64,000 nt of DNA from Mobula hypostoma (taxonomy: Eukaryota): positions 29,390,001 through 29,454,000 of the forward strand of contig NC_086109.1 in NCBI RefSeq assembly GCF_963921235.1. The letters are read 5' to 3'. The notes under the pieces are model-generated. The model was given only the letters and a program-made list of their open reading frames with translations, did no database searches and was not told the DNA's origin. Both the position numbers and the translations under genes were made by a program. Positions 52,345 to 64,000 of the stretch are shown piece by piece. Position 1 is the first letter of the stretch. Every line of letters starts with the position of its first letter.

Positions 52345-52835
52345 ACAACACACACAATATATACAAGGAAAGCAGCAGGTCCAACGGCAATGAAGGAGGG
52401 AATAAACAGTTGACATTTCGGGCTGAGACCCTTCATCAGGACTGGAAAGAAGGGGGCAGAAGCCAGAACAGCACACATAAAATGCTTGAGGAACTCAGCA
52501 ACTCAGGCAGCAGCTATGGAAGGGAATAAGCAGTTGGTATTTCAGGCCAAGAACCTTTATTAGGACAGGAAAGGAAGGGGACGGAAGCCAGAATAATAAG
52601 ATGGAGGGAGGAGAAGCAGTGCTAGCTGTCAGATCATAGTGAGACCAGGTGAACAAGGACGAGGAGGGGGTGAAGTAAGAAACCGGGCGGTGATAAGGGG
52701 AAGAGGAGGGATAGCTGGAAATGGGCTGAAGAAGAAGTAATTTAATAGAAGAATGCATTGGAGAATGGAAGAAAGGAGAAGTACTCAGAGGGGTGGACTG
52801 CATCTGTGGATATTTCAGGTTGAGACACTGCACCG
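52345..52835 (-). mobile_element. Tandem PLE termini with two hammerhead motifs (52407-52444 near-intact; ~52531-52568 degenerate)
   Basis: caguc-CUGAUGA-agggucucagccc-GAAAU-GUC-aacug; second copy ~125 nt away. Confidence 0.65.
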
Positions 52836-55077
52836 GTCCTTGTTTATCGCTCCATATTCCATGTTTACAGTTTTTTGTCTCCTTTTTACTGGGTGATCAG
52901 TGAATAAACATGGTTTTGATTAAAGCAGTTTGGGGGCTGTGGATGGAATGTGTTAATCAGGCAGAATCTGTGGAAAGGGAAGCAGTGTTCATATTTAGAT
53001 GTAAGATGCTTTGTTGGAACCTTTTCAGATTTTGGCATTTTTTGATTTTCACTCAGAATTATTAGCTTAGATCATGCAATTGATACCTGAGCTGGGTTTG
53101 AACCCTTAACCTTTTGACTGAGGTGACAGAGTACTATACTTAGTAGTTGCTGTAGAGATCTTTTGAATGAGAAATGAGCACCATGAGCCAAATGTCAATC
53201 TGAGGTATTTGTTAAATAGTTATCAGGGACTTTTCTTCCAGAAATCAGCTCTTTTAGTGTAGTGTGTTTGCATCATCTTGTTGCATGCAACATTCACTCA
53301 AAGATGCAATTTCTAAAAGAAACTGGCTTCTTTACATGACTCCGTTATTTTTAATATCCAACAATTTTCTGCAGCAAGGTTCACTTTCACTGCCTGACAT
53401 TCAAGAAGTTTTTTTGAGTCTTTCCTTCCTCAGATCCTCTGGCTGTCCTGGATGATGTGTATTATTCTTTGCTTTGAAAATACAGAGCAGCTTCATAAAG
53501 TTTACTAGGTATATAAGTCAGAGCAGATGATAAATGCTGTAGTGTGGATGAAATCACTGGAGAGACAGAGTCACTGCTAGATACACAGCAGCTTCTTCAT
53601 TTGACACAACAAGGTACAGCAGGCATCTTACGGATGGAGACACTTTCCGCAGAAAGGTCTGCTAGCTCAATGTGGGCTGGATATTTATATGCTAAACACA
53701 AAGGCAATCGCTACTTAAAAAGTTACAGACAATGTATTGACAATGCTTCCTTTTGATACTACAGACAAAATATCACACCATCCTTTCCTTCCGACGCCAA
53801 CATGTCTGGATTGGTATCCACAGCCTTTAGGAATGTAAGTTAAGTCTACGATACATTTATCTGGCATTTCCCATGCTAACGTAGAAGACAATTAATACTT
53901 ATAATGTATAGATAACACTGTCTTCGAAACTACAGCATCAGGTCAAACTACGGCACCAGAAGCATCTGGTATTCACACCTTTTTTAGGAAGTGCATCGTT
54001 GTGGACTCAATCCACAGTACTTTGTCAAATAGAAGTCTGGTGGCCAAACTCATTTAAGTGTAAACAAATCATCTACCCCCAAAAAACTCATTCTAACAAT
54101 AAATACAGTTCATGAGGATTAAAGAGTAACATCAGCAGAATGTTCTTGTTTCTGAAATGCACCAGAAAATGTTCAAGAACAAGAAGATTCTGCAAAAAAA
54201 AGTAGAGAATAATGATCTTCATGGTAAACACAATTGTGCCTCCCTGGTGATAAGGACTTCAAAAATACAGACACACACTCTTTCCATTAATTAAAAAGAT
54301 CAAGAAGGTCCAGGCCCTTAATGTTGTTCAATAGAAGACATGCTTCCATTCTTAATTCATCACATAGAAACTTTGGAATCGAAGAACACCAAAGCCATAT
54401 TTTTATAATAGTTAAATCCAGGATTGGATCATTTAAATAGGTTTACTTTTCATTTCCTCAGAAGGTTTGTATTACATAACATTGCTATCTTTCTGCAGTT
54501 AATGTTAAAGTCACACTTGTGCTATAAAGATGGAACAATCAGCGTTGCAAGATTTTCTTAAATTTTTGACAATATTCAAAAATAAAATTAGTGTCTGAGC
54601 CATTTGGTCATGGTCTGAACAAGGTACAGTGTGTGATCTTGGCAAGCAGGAGACACTTAAGGGGATGGATTTCCAGCCTGGCTAAAATGTCACTTCATCA
54701 AATCTTGGCCCTGGTTATCAGCTCAAGCCTTCTGTCCACCTGTGCCCTCCTTTGATATGTTTATAGTCATTCTTTTTCAGGGAATGGGGAATAGTGTGGG
54801 GATAAACCTCCAAGGAGAAAGGTAGCATTGTACATCTCTTGAACTTTAAACTCACAGGAGATGTGTACTCCTCCTATTACTGTGTCAGTAAATGTCAGCT
54901 TGAGCTGCAATTCCTAAGAAAGTAATTATGAATGCAAGGCAGTAATGAATCATAGTTAATGTAGAGAGGGTTCTAAAGTTTCTTCTTATAGCTGTGCCAT
55001 TATGATCAGAACACCTAAGCAGTAATAGGCTTCAATATCACATTTGTTTAATATGTTAAATGACTATAAACAAAATT

Positions 55078-55315
55078 TATTTATTTGTTGAGATACAGCA
55101 CGGAATAGACCCTTCGAGCTGCACCACCGAGCAATCTCCCGATTTAATCCTAGCCTAATCATGGGACAATTTACAATAACCAATTAACCAACCAGCCATA
55201 TGTCTTTGGACTGTGGGAGGAAACCGGAGCACCCAGAGGAAACCCATGTTGTCACAGGGAGAGTGTACAAACTCCTTATGCTGGTACTGTAAAGCATTGT
55301 GCTAACCACTACACT
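55078..55315 (-). mobile_element. V-SINE copy (another at ~55855-56070)
   Basis: tctttggactgtgggaggaaaccggagcacccagaggaaaccca. Confidence 0.7.
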
Positions 55316-56065
55316 AAAATTATATTTAATCAAAATCACATCTCCTAAAACACAGCAGTTCTTTTTCCACCTTGTGGCCGACTTGACTTATGTATAATGA
55401 GAATCCCACCGAACTATCATTTTGATCTTGAAGTGAACATATAAAAGTCATGACGCGTCACTTACTTCACAACTGGTATCTTTGACTGTAAGTTGTATAC
55501 CTGGAAGGACGCAAAGACACTGCACCAAAAGAGCTGAGTCTGGAAGAAAAGCTCCTGATAACTATTTAACAAATGCCTCAAATTGGACATTAGACACATG
55601 GTGCTCATTTCCTGTTCAAATTCCTTACAATTTCCATGAAGTGAATTACCAGCTCTACTTCTGCATTCACAATTCCCCCCAGTCATACCTCTGATGTTGA
55701 TCCTCCGGTCTGAATTCCCCTTCCTCAGTATTTGGTGGTACTATTGAACCAGTGATTAGATCTTTCTAGTGTCATGGATACAACATATGCAAGTACATCT
55801 CATGTTTTCCACTTTCCCATCTGTTTATTTGTTTGAGAATGGATTTATTTTTCTTGTTTAGAAATACAGCACAGTAACATTACCGACCAGCCCAACGAGC
55901 CTGCATCACGCAATTGCACCTATGTGACCAATTAACCTACCAACTCGTACATCCTTGGGATGCAGAAGCACCGAGAAGGAACTCGTGCAGTCACGAGGAG
56001 AGCGTACAAATTCCTTACCGACAGCAGTACAATTGAACCTGGCAGCTCGTACTGTAATAGCGTTA

Positions 56066-56247
56066 ATCACTATCCAAATGAACCCTTCTACAACTTGGGA
56101 AAGGACTGTCTGCGATATCTCACCAGTCAAATAGTCTGCTGATACCAGCCAAAGCCACCTGTGGAAAAAGGTTCTTTTGGATGAGATGCCTGAAGAAAAA
56201 AAATCACAAACATCTCCAGAAACTTAAAAATAGAGAGAATTAAAGTA
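56066..56247. repeat. Local direct duplication, copy 1 (copy 2 at 58971-59155)
   Basis: Shared ...ttcttttggatgag...ctgaagaaaaaaaatcacaaacatctccagaaacttaaa... Confidence 0.9.
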
Positions 56248-56527
56248 GAAAGATTTCAAGTAACTGAGATTCACACATGTTATACAAATTCTGCTCAATT
56301 CTTAAATAATCAGATATTCGTATATTATCAGGTTCCTAATTCTGATATTCATTGTGATAAACCGTATCAGGAATCAACTCTTAAGCTGAGCTATGAACTG
56401 AGTCAAAGTGCCGAGATAGTGTGTAAAAAAAGTATATAAATAACATTCAGTCCTTTGAATAGTTGGCACGTAGGAAGGTATCAAAAGACGAGAAAAACTG
56501 GTCAGTAAAAAACTAATAATGCAAACT

Positions 56528-58042
56528 TGTCACAGGGGCGGGGGCATTGGGAGCAAGGGTGGACCCAAATGCAAGACATATCTTGTGAGGTTACTTAGAT
56601 TTAGTTTATTGTTCGATACCAGGACAACAAGGCAGGAGCAGGAAATAGCGAGCTGGACAAGGACTCAGGACTACAACTAGGCTGGGACCAAGGGTCTGGG
56701 CTTGGACTCGGAATTGGCTCCCAGAACTAGAGGAGACATGAAGAGGCTAGGGTATGGACTCCGAGCCAGAGACTGGGCAAGGACCCAGTACCTGGGTCTT
56801 GCCTCGGGCTCGGACCCCAGAACCAGGGAAGGACATGACATGGGCTAGGGAGAGGAGGAACATGGGAACACAAACCCTCGGTCTCGGGGAGCAGGTACAT
56901 GGAACAATGGACACATACACAGAACACAGAGTCAGGGACTCCTCCTTGGGTACAGGACATAGGGCCGGGACTCACACACAGAACAGAGAGCCGGGACCCC
57001 TCCTTAGGTACAGGACATAGGGCCGGGACTCATGACCCTCTGCGGGGCAAGAGCAAGACGGCCTGACTTACCACACAGAGGCGAGGACAAGTCAAGACAG
57101 AACATGACCCCCCGCGGGGCAACGGCAAGACGGCCTGATCTACCCCACAGAGGCGAGGACAAGACAAGACAAGACATGACTCCCCGCGGGGCAACAGCAA
57201 GACGGCCAGACTTACCCCCACGGAGGTGAGGACCAGACAAGACAAAACATGACCCCCCGCGGAGCAAAGGCAAGACAGCCTGACTTATCCCACGGAGGCA
57301 AGGGCAAGACAAGACATGACTCCCCACGGGGCAACGGCAAGATGGCCTGACTTACCCCACGGAGGTGAGGACAAGACAAGACAAGACCAACACGAATGAA
57401 CACCAGACAGTACCTATCTAGCTCCGGTGATGGAACTAGACTGAAGTGCAGGCGGAGGCTGCAGACGAGGGCTAGAGGTGAGAGGGGCAGAGAAGGGATT
57501 CAGACAAGGGGGTAGGACAGGAATCACAGACCGCCAGGGCCAGGTCTTGACTCAGAACTGGGAAGCCACCAGGGCCAGGACTTGACTCGGTGCTAGAATG
57601 CTGCCAGGGCCAGGATGTGGTACTTGGAACCTCCGGGTAGTGGTGAGCTCTCGACTCGGCCTGGGAACAGTAGACAGCGGTTCTTGATTCCCTCCGGCGG
57701 GTTAACTGAAGGACCCACCTCGGTGAGGAAACTTTGCAGGCTCACTTTGGCGAGGTAACTGGACAGGGTTGCTCCGGTGAGGAAGGGCGAATTACCGCCA
57801 CTCGCTTCAGCAGAGACTAGGCTTGCTCCAGCCAGATGACATTGGCACACCGTACCTTTGATGACTTTACAGACGCTCCCGCACCGAACGGCTGAAAGCC
57901 AGAGACTTTAAGCTATGGTTCAGCTGAGTGTTAATTACCTCTAATCACCAAAGTCGAGGGACACGGGAAAACAGGGAATCAAAGGTCCGGATCGTAACTT
58001 AAACAAGCTAAATTTAAAGGGACCCTGATCCGGACCATGACA
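56528..58042 (-). mobile_element. Solo LTR (1515 bp) with minisatellite
   Basis: TGTCA...TGACA ends; perfect 5-bp TSD aaact; five 67-73-bp units starting at 57031, 57103, 57175, 57248 and 57315. Confidence 0.88.
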
Positions 58043-58970
58043 AAACTTGTTCTGAGCTAGATTGTCCTCTCCTTTTCCATTCCTTCATGCAACTGGAAGC
58101 AGGAGTACTATGCCCAAAAAGGCCAACATCCTTGTCATTCTTGTCCTGAACAAAGGTCTCAGCTTGAAACACCAACTGTTTGTTCAGTTCCATGGATGCT
58201 GCCTGACCTGTTGAGTTCCTCCAGCATTTTCTATATATTCTTCTCAGTAGCTTCCTAGGATTTCACTAAGGAATAGACGACACAGACAAGTAGTAGTAAC
58301 AGCTCAAAAATGTCTCCACCCCACACCCCCACTCCACCCTGACAATGTGATTGTCCATTTCATCTGCCCATCTAGGTCTTTTCCAGTCAAGCTGGAAACA
58401 AAACTATAATAATTTCTCCATTTATCAAGGGATGCATTTCTGGAAAGTATTTTGTTAATTGAAAATGTGTGCACAATGGATTTCAGGAATTTTGATACAG
58501 TGTCTTGCTATACATGGAGAGTCATGCACCATTTGTTAAAGTGAAAAAATTCTTTGTAAATCAGACACAAACCCCAAAGTGGCAATGGTATTATATTGAA
58601 ATTTGATAAAGCAGATGTTCATAAACTGAAGAATTACCAGCCTGGAAACTGCACTGAGGAATTTCAGCAGGTATACCATGCAGAAAAGCATGGAGTACAA
58701 CAACTCTCCCGATGGAACTAATAATCTGCTGAAGAAACTTAGCAAAATGAACAGCATCTTCGGAAGGAAAAGAATCGTGGATATTTTGGGTCAAAACCCT
58801 GCATCAGTCTCCAGCTTTCCTTATGGGTTGGTGGAAGTGGTATAATGTTGCTTAAGCAAACAAGGAAAATCCCAAGTCTGGGGGCTTCTTATCTATACTC
58901 CTTGGTTCAACTTGAGTAAATACTTGCCTAAGATTCATAAAAGAAAATTTTCACACTGACAGGATTTCTA

Positions 58971-59155
58971 ATCACTACCCAAATGAACTATTCTGCAACT
59001 TGTGAATGGACTGTCTATAATACTTCACCAGTCTAACAGCCTACTGATACCAGCCAGAACTACCAATGGAGAAATTTTCTTTTGGATGAGGTCCCTGAAG
59101 AAGAAAAAAAATCACAAACATCTCCAGAAACTTAAAGATAGAGAGAACTAAAGTT
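58971..59155. repeat. Local direct duplication, copy 2
   Basis: See 56066-56247. Confidence 0.9.
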
Positions 59156-60099
59156 CAAAAGAAGGAAATGGCAGAGTTGAAAAAAAAATGACACTTTCTT
59201 GTGCTGTCACCTCTAATAAGGTCTGCTACTATACTGGAAAATGGATTGAATTAAAGCAGTTCAGGCATTTTTACACCCGGTAGTACAAGGACAGAATATA
59301 CACTTCCTGAGTGGACGGTGCAAAGTCACAGTGTTCATACGCTAGAGATGCCTGACGGTTGAGTCTGCCAACTTGAATTCTGATGAGTGCTGTCTGTTCT
59401 CCATAATACATGCACAGAAAACATAAGAGACTGAGGTCTATCGAAATGTGCTTGGGCAAGTAAAAATATTTCCCACTATTATTAGCAAGCATTCAAGCGT
59501 TTTGCTGTGAATCTAAACCAGTTGTGAAGTAGCTTTCTAAATCCTACAGTAAATAAATCATACAGCTAAAAAGGTAAGTCATTTTAATAGCAAGCATCTG
59601 CAGCCATAAGAATAATTGATGCTACAAAGTCCTAGAGAATATATAAACAATTTTCCACAACTTTAATGCCGCTTTTGGAGAGGGATTACTTAGAGTAAAT
59701 GCAAAAGATGATGCTGCTCAGAGACTGCTGTTTGCATTGGCAAGAAAGAGGTAAATAAATAATCATTGCATTGCCATGTGACTGCAAAATAAGACATTAA
59801 ACAAAATGATCCTTAATAACACAGTGACCTTCTTTAATAAGTTCCTACACTTTAGTACATACTTACAAGAGCCTTACAGTCTCTTTAACAAAAATATTTC
59901 CATTAATCCCTCCACCCCACTATAGGCCTCTTTCTACCATTCTCCAAGTGACATGCAGGAACCCTGCTTCCAGGCAAATGTCAATCTGTGCACAAGCCGA
60001 ACACTACAAATTGCTCAAATGCAAACAAGCTGATATAAAATCCCTCTGATTTTTTAAAACTACAAGTCACCTCTCCCCTTCTCATCGTTCCAACAGTAC

Positions 60100-60213
60100 C
60101 TTAGCCCCCGTCCTGAGCCTCAGCAGCCACAGGCTAAGAGCAGCTGGACGCAGGCAAAGCAAAGCCCAAGCAAACCACTTTGAGCCATCTTCCTCTGCAC
60201 TGGCCTTCCAGTA
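60100..60213 (-). other. Candidate host exon with signal-peptide-like start and in-frame TGA
   Basis: ctttcag acceptor, aagATGG Kozak context, MAQSGLLGLCFACVQLLLACGC*GSGRGL, AG|gtactg donor. Confidence 0.25.
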
Positions 60214-62369
60214 CTGAAAGTGGTACAGCAATGGCTCCCTTAACTACCATTGCGGCATTAAAATTTGAGGAACTCTTTAAATAGAGTACAGTAGATCTAT
60301 ATCTATAATCTCTGTCATGTCAAAAATTTGTCTTTTGGCCATTCCTGATTCAGGAATGTGTCACAGTACTTCACCAATTGAATATTTCTAGATGAAGTCA
60401 TTATTGTAAGGAATGCAACTGCCAATGTTTGTATTTCACAATAGTGAAATGGAAATCCATCTGGTTACATCAACAGCACAATAATTTTCATCAACAGAAA
60501 CTGAAAATGTTGAAGGCATTCAACAGGTCAGAATGGAAAAATACAAGGCAAATATATATTTCAGTTATCAAAGGATCTGGAAAAGATTCATGTGAATTTG
60601 GAATCTACAACTCCTTCAGAAACTTTGAAGAGAGCAAAATTGGAATTGCGAAGTTACTTTGTAAAAGTGGAGAAATCAATGTTTTTTGAGGAGATGGTAG
60701 TGATTGTTAGAATGAAGATGCCTTATTTTGATGTGAGAAAACTATTGGAATACTTAACCCTTTTGAACGTTGCTTAATGTGTGAAATTACCTACAAGAGT
60801 ACACATAATAAAATGGTTATAGATGATAAAAACAGAAAGAATGGAAAACTGTTTCATCAAAGTATTCATAATGCTCACCTCATCAAAATTAAGTGGATGG
60901 AAATAAATTACCTCTTGAACAAAGTCTGATGATTCTTTATGAGACTGTGCTTTTAATTATTTACCTTAGACAAAATCAAAAGGAGTGAAGGACATGAATC
61001 TCCTTGCAGGGAATTGCAAGAAGTATGGTAGGGATTAAGCTGCAAGTACACAGCTGGCGTAATGGGAAATGCTCAAAGTGTTCGAAAAGCACATTACACT
61101 ATATAGTTTCCTCTGCAGACATGTTAGCCTCAGTTGAGCAAATACATTTCAGTTTTGGCTCTGTGAACACATCTCCCAGCTGTGACAAGGAATCAGATGA
61201 TTGTCAGCTATGCAACACAAGAGTTGAGTATATAACGTTTTGATTCTTTGTCCTTCAGGCATCATAAGGTGTCTTATGATCAGTTAAGTGTTTCCTTTCA
61301 ATTAATTAGAGCGACTAAAAGAATGTTGATTCTTCGGGCGCCTGTATATATAAAACATTTCCATTCGCGATACATTCCTGATCAGGACGCAATGTGGCTG
61401 AGAAGGGTAAATTGTGACTTCCACTTTCCTGCCACTGCAAGATTTTCCTGTCACTGAAACTGAATACAAGCTGGTAGTGATTTGCCTAAAGTTGTCAAGC
61501 AACTGTTCTATAGGCCGAGATTGTAAATAGTTGGATAATGGCTTGCCCAATTAAACGTTTTGATCAGAGGCAGTTACAGAATCAGTTATTACTCATTTGC
61601 TCAGTAGTACCATCTGTTTGTTCTCAAACTGAGAGGCACGTGGTCAGTCTAAATTTAGGCCTTGGACTTTGCTTATATTATTTTAGCAAAATGATAATGA
61701 ATGAAACACCTCCAAGTTAAGCAGCAACCCAAAGTAATAAAGGAGCAATGAGAAATACCACGTCATGAAAAGTTATAACTGTGAGTATTGTGGAGGCAGA
61801 ATATAGTCCTACTTTTCCTGGCTTCAGCATAATGTTTTTGGTGTTGAAGGATTCTAAGTAGGGGAGGCGTACCAAACTAATCTTAGGATCTGGGGCATTC
61901 AGTAAGATATTTCTACAAAGTAACAAGAAAAGTATGACTGGGGCACTGAGATATTATTAATTTATTTGATGCTGCTACCAGCTTTGACCTGGATTCCTGA
62001 ATTGTGACAACCTTCCCCGCCCACCCCATGCGCAACCCTACTGCCTCAGCTTCACCTTCCTGCATTGTAATATCATGTACAATGACTACAGATGATTGAT
62101 CTCAGTTCAAATTAAGTCCAGACTAATAAAATGCATCAGCCAGCTGCAAGTATTTTTCTCCTTTTCCTTGCCAATTCTTTTTTTTCCCTTATCTCCCAAA
62201 GGCATTAGTATCTTCCCAGAGTTACGTTCCACATGCATTCAAGGTAACATAGCCAAATGGCCGTTAAGAAAAAGCCAGGGACAATTTTGTGCTGCAGATT
62301 GCCTGTAGGAATGAGACATAGACTCCATTTTGCAGAGGAATGCTTGCAACCATCTGGTAGAGAATTTTA

Positions 62370-63415
62370 AATGCAAGAAAGTCTACTGATGCTGGCAATC
62401 CAGAGCAGCAATATGATGGAGGATCTCAGTAGGTCAGGCAGCTTCTATGGAAATGAATACAGTCCACATTTCAGGCTGAGATCTCCATCTGGACTAGAAA
62501 TGAACGGGGAAGATGCCAGAATATGAAGGGGAGGGGAGAAGAAGGAAGGACAAGCTAGAAGGTGATAGGTGAAGCCAGGTGAGAGGGGAGGGGGGACTGA
62601 AGTGTGCTGGGATGTAAAAACAGGAAAAGGAAAAGGGCTGGAGAAAACAGAAACTGATAGGAGAGGAGAGTGGACCATGGGAGAAAGGGAAAGAAGAGGG
62701 GCACGAGGGGGAGGTGATTGGTAGGTGGTGAGAAGAGTGGAGAAATTAAAAAGAAGGAGAAAGGGGAAGGGGAAAAAATATACTGGAAGTTGGAGGATTC
62801 ATCCATCTGGCAGGAGGCTACCTAGATGGAATATGAGGTGTTGCTCCTCCAACTTGAGAGTGGCTTCATAGTGGCTGAAGAGACAGCCATGGACTGACAT
62901 GTCAGAATGGGAATGGGGATAGAATTAAAATTATTAGCTTCCAGGAAACCCACTTTTGCAGATGGAGCAGAGATGTTCAATGAAGCAGATCTCTAATCTA
63001 ATCTGGATCTCACCAATGTAGAGGAGGTCATATCAGGGGAACTGGATGCAGTAGACAACCACTAGAGATTCGCAGGTGAAGTGATGTCTCACCTGGAATG
63101 ACTGTTTGAGTCCCTGAACTGAGTTGAGAGAGGAGGTGAATGGCAGGTGTAGCATTCCGTTGTTTGCAGGGATATGGGGAAATTAGTGGGGAGGGACGAA
63201 TAGACAAAGGAATCTCGGACAGAATTATTCCTACAGAAAGCGAGGGTTGGGGGGAGGTAAAGATGTGTTTGGTGATAGGATCCCTTTGAAGATGGCGGAA
63301 GTTGTGAAGAATGATTTGTTTGATGTGAAGACTCATGACGTGGTAGGTGAGGACAAGAGGAACGCTACCCTGTTAAGCTACTGGAAAGATGGGGTGAGCA
63401 CAGTTGTCCATGAAC
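62370..63415 (-). mobile_element. Old PLE (RT-EN linker remnant, GIY-YIG remnant, UTR, degenerate hammerhead)
   Basis: QIILHNFRHLQRDPITKHIF in ORF 63028..63336; homology to 16300-16930. Confidence 0.75.
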
Positions 63416-63424
63416 TGTGATGCA

Positions 63425-64000
63425 GAATCAGAATCAGTTTTAGTATCATCAGCATATGTCGCGAAATTTGATATCTTAGGGACAGCAGTTCAATGCGATA
63501 CCTGATAAATATATACGAAAATAAAATAAATCAATTACAGTATATATATATATACAGTATACGTGTGTGTGTGTGTGTGTGTGTGTGTGTATTAAATTGT
63601 TATATTGAAAATGTGCAAAAAGAGAAATAATTAAAAAGTGAGATAGTGTTCATGGGTTCAACGTCCATTTAGAAATCAGATGGCAGATGGGAAGAAGGTG
63701 TTCCTGAATCACTGAGTGAGTCCCTTCAGGCTTCTGTATCTCCTTCCTGATGGTACTAATGAGAAGAGAGCATGCCCTGGATGCTGGGGTCCTTAATAAT
63801 AGTCACTGCCTTTCTGAGACATCTCTCCTTGAAGATGTCCTTGGTACTTTGTAGGCTAGTACCCAAGATGGAGCCGACTAAATTTACAACCTTCTGCAGC
63901 TCCTTTCGGTCCTGTGCAGTAGCCTTCTCCCCCCGCCCCCCTTCCATATCAGACAGTGATACAGCCTGTCAGAATGCTGTCCATGGTACATCTATAGAAG
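63425..64000 (-). mobile_element. Rex/Babar-type LINE 3' end containing (TA)n(TG)n, cut by window end
   Basis: AQDRKELQKVV...IFKERCLRKAVTIIKDP; (cagaat)n tail. Confidence 0.75.

Noticed and set aside
55466..55500. IQLTVKDTSC as a cathelicidin/cystatin motif
   Set aside because: Too short, and no other cathelin-domain exons found, so no gene assignment made
57031..57390. Regular repeats suggesting a CRISPR array
   Set aside because: Whole units repeat with no unique spacers; it is a minisatellite in a eukaryotic solo LTR
58560..58720. Plus-strand exon candidate (…FDKADVHKLKNYQP…)
   Set aside because: Resembles the decayed pre-RT KKG...NYRP motif of CR1-type LINEs

Overview
Repeat-saturated eukaryotic (vertebrate) DNA. 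The repeat complement (V-SINE/HE1-like SINEs, CR1, Rex1/Babar LINEs, abundant Penelope-like termini) suggests a cartilaginous fish, probably a ray; this is inference. No intact host gene is recognisable and the window is probably intronic or intergenic. Main contents: (i) a two-LTR Tf1/sushi-type chromovirus (29707-34078, minus) with most of RT/RNase H deleted, an open integrase-chromodomain ORF and a probable self-priming site; (ii) four 5'-truncated copies of one Rex1/Babar LINE family, one with a ~55-bp target-site duplication (TSD); (iii) roughly 20 Penelope-like element (PLE) termini carrying a minimal type I hammerhead ribozyme motif, several with an intact core, including short TSD-flanked and fold-back insertions; (iv) two solo LTRs swollen by tandem repeats; (v) an internally deleted Tigger/pogo element holding a ~170-bp palindrome; (vi) Tc1, CR1, RTE-like and SINE remnants, often nested; (vii) a low-confidence set of minus-strand exon candidates, including a duplicated 66-nt exon-like unit. 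Family names come from motif recognition, not database searches. Boundaries of old remnants are approximate.
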